Below are positions 50,749 to 58,124 of a stretch of 64,000 nt of DNA, in pieces. Numbering within the stretch: the first letter of the stretch is position 1; each line of letters starts with the position of its first letter. The notes beneath the pieces were generated by a model that worked only from the letters and a program-made list of their open reading frames with translations, searched no databases and had not been told where the DNA came from. Position numbers and translations under genes: made by a program. This DNA comes from a virus, in IMG/VR virus record IMGVR_UViG_3300028591_000199, positions 4,163 to 68,162 of that record; one strand, 5' to 3'.

Positions 50749-50868
50749 TCTTTTTAATTCCTTTCTATTTCTATAATAATTATAGTATATTTCTTTAAAG
50801 AAGTCAATAGTTATTTAAAATGTTTACAAAATGTTCACATTTCCGCGCCCGGGCAAATACCTACTTTT

Positions 50869-51045
50869 TTAGTAGGTATCCAATCCTTCGGCGTCGGCTT
50901 CTTCGCGCGTCACTTCACGCAAGAAAATAGCATTATCAAACCATTCACTTGCAAGGCTTATTGCTTCCACTTTGTCTATTGCTTCGACGAAAAATTCTTC
51001 TCCACTATCACGGTCGACAAATTTAAAAGTTTTTTCTATTGTCAT
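50869..51045 (-). CDS. 58-aa acidic protein (MTIEKTFKFVDRDSGEEFF...GLDTY)
   Basis: Read manually; SD AAAGGGAG. Confidence 0.6.
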   Translation of the reverse strand: MTIEKTFKFVDRDSGEEFFVEAIDKVEAISLASEWFDNAIFLREVTREEADAEGLDTY

Positions 51046-51072
51046 TTTTAATTTCTCCCTTTATTTTATTTC

Positions 51073-51210
51073 TTATAGGACTTCTCTTGTTAAAACATAA
51101 CCATTATATAGTTCTGCTTGTTTCTTCGCATCTGCGTAATGATAATAAACATTATTTACTGTCCATGCCTCTTCATAACCATCATAATAAAATACAATAT
51201 AAACATTCAT
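51073..51210 (-). CDS. 45-aa protein (MNVYIVFYYDGYEEAW...), copy 1
   Basis: Read manually; near-identical copy at 53285..53422. Confidence 0.65.
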   Translation of the reverse strand: MNVYIVFYYDGYEEAWTVNNVYYHYADAKKQAELYNGYVLTREVL

Positions 51211-51215
51211 TTTTT

Positions 51216-51419
51216 TTATTCCTCATCTTCTTCTACTTCGCAATCATCATAATAACATCTTGCAACAGGATAACGCATATCTGCTTCAAAATGTCCATAT
51301 GCTTGGTCAATAGCCATATCTTCAAGGTCACTTTCGGGTAGGTCTTCTTCGTCTTCGGTATCGACTTCAACGTGATAGGTATAATTCTGTGTAAAAGTTA
51401 CTACATATTTCTTTTTCAT
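51216..51419 (-). CDS. small acidic hypothetical protein
   Basis: Promoter TTGACA-17-TATAAT; SD GAAAGGA. Confidence 0.7.
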   Translation of the reverse strand: MKKKYVVTFTQNYTYHVEVDTEDEEDLPESDLEDMAIDQAYGHFEADMRYPVARCYYDDCEVEEDEE

Positions 51420-51530
51420 TATATTTTATTTCCTTTCATTTGTTATATTTATTATACTACATAATCAAATATTTGTCAATAGAAAAATTGTAAACAATTT
51501 ATGAACAGTGCCCGGGCAACGACTGGAAAA

Positions 51531-52010
51531 TTATTCCAGTCGAGGGTCTCCGAGGTCTGGCGCGAGATATTTTTCAAGCAACCGTGCAAGAAGGCAATGA
51601 GATTGTACAAAGTCGATTGCCCATTCGGTGGCGTGCCATTCTTCGGGGAGGTCAAAATACATTTTTGCAAGTTCGGGATTTGCCTGTGCTTCTTCTCTTG
51701 AATATATTGAGCAAACGATTTTAATAAATTCAGTCTGTTCGGTTCTTCTAACAAAATCAAGTGTAAAATAATGTCCTATTTCGTGGAGAAGTGTCCAAAC
51801 CGAAAAAGGTACTGTTAAAACTTCCCCACATTCGTGACTATGTTCAAGATGATAAAGAAAACCGCCGTCAGTGTCGGGACTTACATCTTCAAAGTCAAAA
51901 TTAACTTTATGTTCATCTTCATCATACCAATTACCGTTTCCCTTTTTAAAGGTCACGCGCAATTCGGGAGCGATTGAGCGCACAATACGACGGATTTTTC
52001 TTTTATTCAT
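51531..52010 (-). CDS. putative zinc metallopeptidase (HExxH)
   Basis: LLHEIGHYFT and downstream LPEEWHATEWA; paralogue of 59252..59737. Confidence 0.6.
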   Translation of the reverse strand: MNKRKIRRIVRSIAPELRVTFKKGNGNWYDEDEHKVNFDFEDVSPDTDGGFLYHLEHSHECGEVLTVPFSVWTLLHEIGHYFTLDFVRRTEQTEFIKIVCSIYSREEAQANPELAKMYFDLPEEWHATEWAIDFVQSHCLLARLLEKYLAPDLGDPRLE

Positions 52011-52162
52011 AGGTTTTATATTTCCTTTCAAGTTTTAGTTTTCTCTCTTTCTGTATTTATTATATCATAATTAAAAAGAATTGTCAATAGTTTTTATAGA
52101 AAACTTTTTACCAATTTTTACCTGCGCGCACCGGGCGCACCCGGGCGCGGACTGGTAGAATT

Positions 52163-52882
52163 TTACATTTCTACCAGTTCTGCGAAAACTTCGGTGAGTT
52201 CCATTTCTTTCCTTTTTCTCTGCGGAATGAGCCAGCAAGCGGAATAAATGCGGTCATCATACTCTTTTCCACTATTTACCACTTCAAGGAAAATTTCGGT
52301 TTCAATTTCAACATCTTCCAAACCCGTATGACTTTCTATAAAGTTTATATTTTTCGTTATATATTTATAGGCAGTTTCGGCAGAGGTGGAAATATTTCCC
52401 TTTTCACTCATAAGTCCGTTATCAAGGGCAAAGCGGACAAAATGTTCGGTATTAAGAATAGAAGAACAAGCCATATTCCAAATATCAAAATATTTCGTAC
52501 CATAAGGGAAAAACCATTTTACAAGTGAAGCGGTGATATAATTTATATCGTTTCGTGTTGCTCTGCGGTCAAACCCCATATTATACGCGCCGACTTTTTC
52601 GACTTTGTAGTTCTTCATATCTGCGCTTATTTGTTTGCGAATGTTACAAATTACCTTAATTTCGCGCTTGCCGTTTTTGATTTCTTTCCAATAAGTGGGA
52701 ATTTTTTCAGCATAGTAAGCACTCGACATTAACTCTTTATCAAAAAAAATTTCAGCGACCACAAAAGAACGCTTTACCAAAATTTGGCTATTTTCTACAT
52801 TTACGATTGCGTATCCTATATCATAAGGAAGTGGTTGCTCTATCGTGTTTGCGGTTTCGGTATCAATAATCAGTACATTCAT
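52163..52882 (-). CDS. DEDDh 3'-5' exonuclease (DnaQ-like)
   Basis: IIDTET, AYNMGFD, HTGLED motifs. Confidence 0.8.
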   Translation of the reverse strand: MNVLIIDTETANTIEQPLPYDIGYAIVNVENSQILVKRSFVVAEIFFDKELMSSAYYAEKIPTYWKEIKNGKREIKVICNIRKQISADMKNYKVEKVGAYNMGFDRRATRNDINYITASLVKWFFPYGTKYFDIWNMACSSILNTEHFVRFALDNGLMSEKGNISTSAETAYKYITKNINFIESHTGLEDVEIETEIFLEVVNSGKEYDDRIYSACWLIPQRKRKEMELTEVFAELVEM

Positions 52883-53026
52883 TTTTTTAGTTCCTTTCCT
52901 CAACTGACATTAATATTATACTACTATAAGAGAAAAAAGTCAATAGGGCAATTTGCACAAATTTTTGTATAGTTTTTTGTGCATATTGCTTCGCGCCCGG
53001 GTGAAAACCCACCAAGATGGTAGGTT

Positions 53027-53254
53027 TTAGTTTTCTTCAATCTCATCAACGAAAACGTCACGAAAGCCGACAAACTTGTAAACTTGCTCCCATTGAAGTT
53101 GTTTACCGCATTTACGGCAGACGCCCACACATTTTTCGACTAATGCGTTTTCACCCTCAATCATCGCGCCCTCAAGGTCGTAAATGTCCTCGGAATGAAT
53201 GCGGTCGCTACCGCAGTTGGGGCATTTAAGGTCAGGATATAACTTTCTTTTCAT
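53027..53254 (-). CDS. small Zn-ribbon protein
   Basis: CPNCGS...CRKCG. Confidence 0.65.
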   Translation of the reverse strand: MKRKLYPDLKCPNCGSDRIHSEDIYDLEGAMIEGENALVEKCVGVCRKCGKQLQWEQVYKFVGFRDVFVDEIEEN

Positions 53255-53284
53255 TTTTTTATTTCCTTTCTTTGATTTTGTTTT

Positions 53285-53422
53285 TTATAAGACTTCCCTT
53301 GTTAAAACATAACCGTTATAGAGTTCTGCTTGCTTCTTTGCGTCTGCATAATTATAATAAACATTATTCACTAACCACGCTTCTTCATATCCATCATAAT
53401 AAAATACAATATAAACATTCAT
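53285..53422 (-). CDS. 45-aa protein (MNVYIVFYYDGYEEAW...), copy 2
   Basis: Promoter TTGACA(53476-81)-17-TGcTATAAT; SD AAAGGAG. Confidence 0.65.
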   Translation of the reverse strand: MNVYIVFYYDGYEEAWLVNNVYYNYADAKKQAELYNGYVLTREVL

Positions 53423-53612
53423 TTTTTATCTCCTTTTTTCTTTTGTAATAATATTATAGCACATTCTTTTAAATTTGTCAATACTCTAAATTGTAAATAA
53501 ATTATGAACAGGTTGCACCCGGGCGCATTCACAATTTGTTTACAAATTTCTTCTTGACAATTCCAAAGGAATGTGATATAATAAATACATCAAAAGAAAG
53601 GAATTTAAAAAA

Positions 53613-53834
53613 ATGACTTGTGCAGAAATTTATAAAATGATAACCGAACACACTGACTACTTATCTGTTTTTATTTGCGCCAGAAATTGGGCAAACACAG
53701 ATGAGGGCATACTGATTGCCGATAATATGGAAAAAGATATTTTCTATCGCCTTTTTGGAGATAAAATCCCCACCGATTGGCACCTTTGTTGCAACAATGA
53801 CACTGGTTGGGTTGAGTTGGGCTTTCTTTTCTAA
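53613..53834 (+). CDS. small hypothetical protein
   Basis: Promoter TTGACA-17-TGaTATAAT; SD GAAAGGA; terminator then CCCGGG. Confidence 0.7.
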   Translation: MTCAEIYKMITEHTDYLSVFICARNWANTDEGILIADNMEKDIFYRLFGDKIPTDWHLCCNNDTGWVELGFLF

Positions 53835-53955
53835 AATCTACCTTAAGGGTAGGTTTTGCCCGGGCGCCAGCGTTCATAAATTGTTTACAAATTCCCTCTT
53901 GACAAAATCTCTAATCTATGATATAATAAGTACAAACGAAAGAGAGGTAAACCCT

Positions 53956-54312
53956 ATGACCAACAAAAAGTTCGATCCTATTCGTTCCACCCTTATGCAG
54001 ACAGTATCCGATTTTCTCACCGAGAAAGGCGAAGAGGTCTTGCGCACCAATTCCAATGAGGTGTGTATGCCTATCGTGTCCGCCGACGGCGACGAAGCAT
54101 TCCTTGTCTTAACTTTTAAAGTCCCGACAGGAAGCCGAGATGGTGACCCTTATGATGGTTATGCCATCGCCGCCGATTATAAGGCAAAGTGCCTTGCCAA
54201 TGCGGAAAAGGCACAGAAAAAGGCGATTGCCAAAGCGCAGAAAATCGAGCGTGACCGCAAGATTCGAGAAGCCAAAGCAAAAGCCAAAGCCGAAAGAGAG
54301 AAAACCCAGTAA
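53956..54312 (+). CDS. hypothetical protein with Lys/Ala-rich tail (paralogue of 47306..47674)
   Basis: Promoter TTGACA-17-TGaTATAAT; SD GAGAGGT; shared motifs. Confidence 0.75.
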   Translation: MTNKKFDPIRSTLMQTVSDFLTEKGEEVLRTNSNEVCMPIVSADGDEAFLVLTFKVPTGSRDGDPYDGYAIAADYKAKCLANAEKAQKKAIAKAQKIERDRKIREAKAKAKAEREKTQ

Positions 54313-54397
54313 ACTACTGGGTTTTTCTCATGCCCGGGTATTAATTCGAGGCATTTCTACCCGGGTACTTCCACCCGGGGCGTGACAGACCGGGCGC

Positions 54398-54600
54398 TTC
54401 CAAATTTTACCAATACTGTCAAATTCTGATGGCTTCCAAAATTTTCCAACGACCCCCAAATTTTACCATTTTAAAAAATTTCAGGCAGCTGTAAATTTTC
54501 AGGCAGCTGCAAACTCTATGAGCTGGAAAAATTTTCCAGGAGCTCCAAATTCTGGCAGCTGCAACTTGCTTATCAGCTGCGCCAGGCAGCTGGAAATTTG
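54398..54600. repeat. imperfect tandem repeats CCAAATTTT(A/T)CC and AAATTTTCAGGCAGCTG
   Basis: CAGCTG at 54486, 54504, 54556, 54574, 54587; GAGCT at 54520 and 54540. Confidence 0.75.
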
Positions 54601-54678
54601 AAATGCGCGCAAAATTATGCTATATTTTATACCATAAATTTAAAAGAAAATCAAATTTTAAGCGCATCTAAAAAAGAG

Positions 54679-54699
54679 GCTGGCGCGAAAGACGCCAGC
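54679..54699 (-). terminator. intrinsic terminator
   Basis: GCTGGCG-CGAAAGA-CGCCAGC with T run on the minus strand. Confidence 0.7.
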
Positions 54700-54716
54700 T
54701 TCTAATCCATATTTAC

Positions 54717-55073
54717 TCAGGCAAGAGCGTATCCAACCTGCTTGCCCTTACCAGTAACCTTAACCTGAGTCTTAACAAGAGTGCCATCCTCAACCAGACC
54801 CTTAAGGAGAGAGGGCATCGCCTGAGGCTTAATCTCTACGCCAGCCTCTGCAATCAGAGTGGTCGCAGTCTTAGGCTCAGCGGTCATCACATTCATAATT
54901 GCCTCACGAATGGGCGCGCGAGTAGCTTCCTTCTCAGCGGCTTTCTTCGCGGAAGCCTCTCTGCGCTTACCATTAGTTGCATCGAGCTTCTCGATAGCAG
55001 CCTCAGCAAAAGCAGTAAGTTCGTCGTTCAGATTTGCGTTTACGATAGCGGTGTAGAATTCTCTGTTGGTCAT
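54717..55073 (-). CDS. winged-helix DNA-binding-like protein (paralogue of 48795..49139)
   Basis: MTNREFY.., VKVTGKGKQVGY; own promoter TTGCAA-17-TATAAT. Confidence 0.65.
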   Translation of the reverse strand: MTNREFYTAIVNANLNDELTAFAEAAIEKLDATNGKRREASAKKAAEKEATRAPIREAIMNVMTAEPKTATTLIAEAGVEIKPQAMPSLLKGLVEDGTLVKTQVKVTGKGKQVGYALA

Positions 55074-55202
55074 TTTGTTTTCTCCATTCTCGTGTAGGTC
55101 ACGACCCTTAGTTTAATTTATTTTTATGGGAGAGGGTTTAGGATTTCCCTCTCTCTTTCTTACATATATATTATATCATAGTTTTAAAACTTTTGCAAAT
55201 TT

Positions 55203-55694
55203 TTAGATGATATCGTCCGTTGTAGGATGCGCGCTACATTCACGTCCATAATAGACATACTGGCTGGGATCCAACCTCCAAGAGGGCGCATCTTCGTCTT
55301 CAGTCCAATACTTGGTGTCTGCGGCTTCTTCGCACATATCTTCCAAAAGCTGGAAAAATCTCAGAGCCTGCGCGGCATTCTCTTTCTCGCGCGCTGCTTC
55401 TTCAAGCTCGTCATTACATTCGCGTACTCTTTCCATTTTTTCTTCAAGCGGATTCTGCGCACGTTCTATAAAAGAAAGATATTCATGAATTGTTTGAGCT
55501 TGTCTTTCATAGAAATGAATGTCTTGTCGCGCGGCTTCTATCCATGCGCGCAAAGTATCTTTTGAAAGCGGTTTAATATGCCCATAAGGCGCGCCCTGTA
55601 CAAATTCTGCTACTTTTGAAGAACTAATATAGGTAGCGATAGGAAGAAACTCATTCTGCGGTGTTTTTATGAAGAACTGAGTATATTGAGCCAT
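55203..55694 (-). CDS. hypothetical coiled-coil protein
   Basis: Promoter TTGCAA-17-TGaTATAAT; SD GAAAGGG. Confidence 0.7.
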   Translation of the reverse strand: MAQYTQFFIKTPQNEFLPIATYISSSKVAEFVQGAPYGHIKPLSKDTLRAWIEAARQDIHFYERQAQTIHEYLSFIERAQNPLEEKMERVRECNDELEEAAREKENAAQALRFFQLLEDMCEEAADTKYWTEDEDAPSWRLDPSQYVYYGRECSAHPTTDDII

Positions 55695-55757
55695 TTATTT
55701 TTATTCCCTTTCTTCTTTTCTATATATATTATATCATAGTTTTCAGGTTTTTGCAAA

Positions 55758-55880
55758 ATTTTTAGGATTTTTTTCGATTTTTTTTGAAATTTTTGGAATT
55801 TTTTCAATTTTTTTTCGAATTATTTTTGGATTTTTTTGGGATTTTTTGAATTTTTTCTGGCTTTGAAAAAATTTTTTCAG
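55758..55880. repeat. phased T-tracts (~10-11 bp period)
   Basis: About 11 T5-T8 runs separated by short GGA/CGA/GAA-type spacers. Confidence 0.75.
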
Positions 55881-56564
55881 AAAATTTGCTTAATGAGAAA
55901 ATATGCGCCAGAGCTCATACAACCTTTTCCCAAAATTCAAGAAGTCATTTCACAAAGTCCCAAAATTAAGCCAGTCAAACCCCAAATCCCGTGCGCGCAT
56001 AGACCCCAATTCTTGTACGAAAAGACCGCCGACGTCAAGGATGGGCTCCCGAAAGCAAAACGCCAATTCACATTATAAGCCGGCTTAGGCGCCAGCGTAG
56101 CCTTTTGTCCGCTGGGACCCGTCTACTTCACTCCCTTATAAGTTATACTTATAAGCTGGCATATATGCTGGCTTCGACTTCCTTCTTATGCCTTTTCCCT
56201 ACGCCTTTTTCTTCTACGCCTTTCTTTTCGGTCTTCGACCTAGCTAGCTTTCAGGGCGCGCGAGACTCTTTTCACTACTTTAGCTTCGATTTTCCCCTAT
56301 AATATTTTACTTATAAGCTGGCTTATAAGTTTTCGCTTATAAGTTTTCGCTTCTATTTCCCCTTACGGGTTCTGCTTAGCTGTTTCCGCTGGCGAGATCC
56401 CAACTCGCGCTTCGCGCTCGTAGCGATTCGCCGCTCAGCCAAATTTTAGATTCTTTGAGGAAGCCATTTGGATGGGACTGGCTTTTATTATTATATATAT
56501 TTTTCTGCTTACATTATAAATGTAAACTTTCGTTTTTATTTCTCGAAAATTTTTAGTACCAAAG

Positions 56565-56978
56565 TTAAAATTTTTCGTCTATAATTACATATCCGCGTTC
56601 ATATTCCCATTCAAGGCGCGCGGGTGTAAAAATCATAATGAATCCGAAGGTTTCATCAAATCTTGAGATTGCATTGGTCTTTTTAAATTCTTCCCATTTT
56701 ACTGAAAGTGAGGAATTATATCCTTCCCAAGATGTGTAGGAATCCCATAAATAGAGTTGCGCCTCTTCAAGAGTTTTGAAGATACGATTTGGACAAGGGT
56801 CTCTATTTTCTTTATCAAAGATTACTACACCATATAAGTAGGCATTCTTTTCTTGCTTACTTGGCGCGCGAAGGGTATTTTCATTTGAATTAGTTGATGT
56901 ATTCACGAGTATAGTCACCTGCCTTAAAGTTGTCGATGCGCGCAAGCCATATTTTTCCTGTATTACATTCATAAACAT
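56565..56978 (-). CDS. hypothetical protein (start uncertain)
   Basis: ORF track; overlaps the upstream ORF. Confidence 0.4.
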   Translation of the reverse strand: MFMNVIQEKYGLRASTTLRQVTILVNTSTNSNENTLRAPSKQEKNAYLYGVVIFDKENRDPCPNRIFKTLEEAQLYLWDSYTSWEGYNSSLSVKWEEFKKTNAISRFDETFGFIMIFTPARLEWEYERGYVIIDEKF

Positions 56979-57138
56979 AACTCAGAGATGGGCTTGCGAC
57001 CATTACTATTGTTGGATTTTCTTCTGTTGTACCTTGGCGCACTGCTTGAATGTTGCAATCTCCTTTTACGGCGCGCAAGGCTTCAAATGCTTTCATCATT
57101 ATATCGAGAGTCATTCGCATTAAATTTAGCCCTCCCAA
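56890..57138 (-). CDS. hypothetical protein
   Basis: ORF with GGGAGGG SD before the internal ATG at ~57120. Confidence 0.55.
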   Translation of the reverse strand: MGGLNLMRMTLDIMMKAFEALRAVKGDCNIQAVRQGTTEENPTIVMVASPSLSYVYECNTGKIWLARIDNFKAGDYTREYIN

Positions 57139-57365
57139 ACGCCAGACTCTTCCCAGTCGCTCACTTTCTTAAACATATGAGTGGTGCAGCAAGGATACTC
57201 GTCTAGCCAATGAAGAGAAATATCAGAAATCTCTTTAAGACCATAAGTATCTATGATGTGATCCATTACAGCATTAAGGTCTTCACCCTGCGCCACACCA
57301 TATTCGGTCTCATCTTTCTCACTGAAATCACTATAAAAAGTTACTTTATAACCAAACCAATCCAT
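57126..57365 (-). CDS. small acidic hypothetical protein
   Basis: Promoter TTGCAT-17-TGaTATAAT; SD GAAAGGAG. Confidence 0.7.
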   Translation of the reverse strand: MDWFGYKVTFYSDFSEKDETEYGVAQGEDLNAVMDHIIDTYGLKEISDISLHWLDEYPCCTTHMFKKVSDWEESGVWEG

Positions 57366-57441
57366 AATAGTTCTCCTTTCTTTTATATTTATTATATCAT
57401 AGCTTTAAATAAAATGCAAATATTTCTAGAAAAATTTTTGA

Positions 57442-57693
57442 CTACCAAGTCAGGTCATCAAAGAAATCTTCTGGCAATGCAAAATCGTCCCCTTCTCCTC
57501 CGAATTTAGCATCGCGCGCAATCGAAGGAGGTAAATGAGCAGAATCTGGAAGCTCATCAAATAAAGGGACTCGGTATTTTTCTTCAGTTGCATTAAATCC
57601 ACAATTCTTTGTATCTTTATTATAGAAATCACATTCTATATTTGTACAAAAATGTGGGTCATTAAATTGAGATATAGGACAAAGCTTTCTCAT
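57442..57693 (-). CDS. hypothetical protein
   Basis: Coupled ORF, Cys-containing N-terminus. Confidence 0.55.
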   Translation of the reverse strand: MRKLCPISQFNDPHFCTNIECDFYNKDTKNCGFNATEEKYRVPLFDELPDSAHLPPSIARDAKFGGEGDDFALPEDFFDDLTW

Positions 57694-57977
57694 TCATAAT
57701 CACCAAAATAATTTTCAGTTTCGACATGAATAATTGCCTGCCCAGGACCAATCATCTGCGCGCTGATGTTGGCGATTGGCGTAGTGTTGCGCCAAAGAGT
57801 CGCAAATTGAGCACGATTAATTTCAATGGCGCGCAATTCTTCGTCTGGATCAAGACTTTTATTAGAAATTTCTTTACTCCAAACACAAACATTATCAATA
57901 TACACTCCTATAATACCAAAAGGACGCATATATGTCAAAGCTTCAGCAACTGTAAGTTTAGTCTTTTTTAACTGCAT
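57690..57977 (-). CDS. hypothetical protein
   Basis: ORF with AAAGG SD. Confidence 0.55.
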   Translation of the reverse strand: MQLKKTKLTVAEALTYMRPFGIIGVYIDNVCVWSKEISNKSLDPDEELRAIEINRAQFATLWRNTTPIANISAQMIGPGQAIIHVETENYFGDYE

Positions 57978-58124
57978 TTTTAACCAACCTTTTAATCGGA
58001 TCTTCTTTTGGAAGTAGAAGACTTTTTATTGCACAGCATTGATTTTCTTCGTCCCAAAGAGCGCATTCTTCTTTTCTGCAAGCCCTCTCTATCATATTAC
58101 GAAATGACATAAATGGACAAATCA

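Larger units (their letters stand above)
45165..54379. repeat. dispersed CCCGGG junction repeats with adjacent operator-like boxes and sigma-A promoters (cassette array)
   Basis: CCCGGG at 45192, 45875, 45928, 45942, 46296, 46310, 47124, 47136, 47153, 47811, 48165, 48731, 48746, 49448, 49943, 50848, 51511, 52140, 52996, 53518, 53859, 54333, 54360, 54374 (variant CCGGGG 50393), all intergenic. Confidence 0.9.

Noticed and set aside
53716-53955. N-terminal extension of the 198-aa ORF
   Set aside because: Crosses a terminator, CCCGGG and a promoter; the real start is ATG 53956 with an SD and matches the paralogue.
44390-54380. Classical integron
   Set aside because: No IntI or other tyrosine recombinase in the window, no GTTRRRY/RYYYAAC attC pattern seen, and the cassettes carry their own promoters.
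45165-54600. CRISPR array interpretation of the CCCGGG or CAGCTG repeats
   Set aside because: Conserved cores are only 6-20 bp, spacing is irregular (tens to ~900 bp) and the intervals are whole genes; no cas genes are present.
55872-55886. CodY-box-like TTTTTTCAGAAAATT
   Set aside because: Two mismatches within a very T-rich tract; likely chance.
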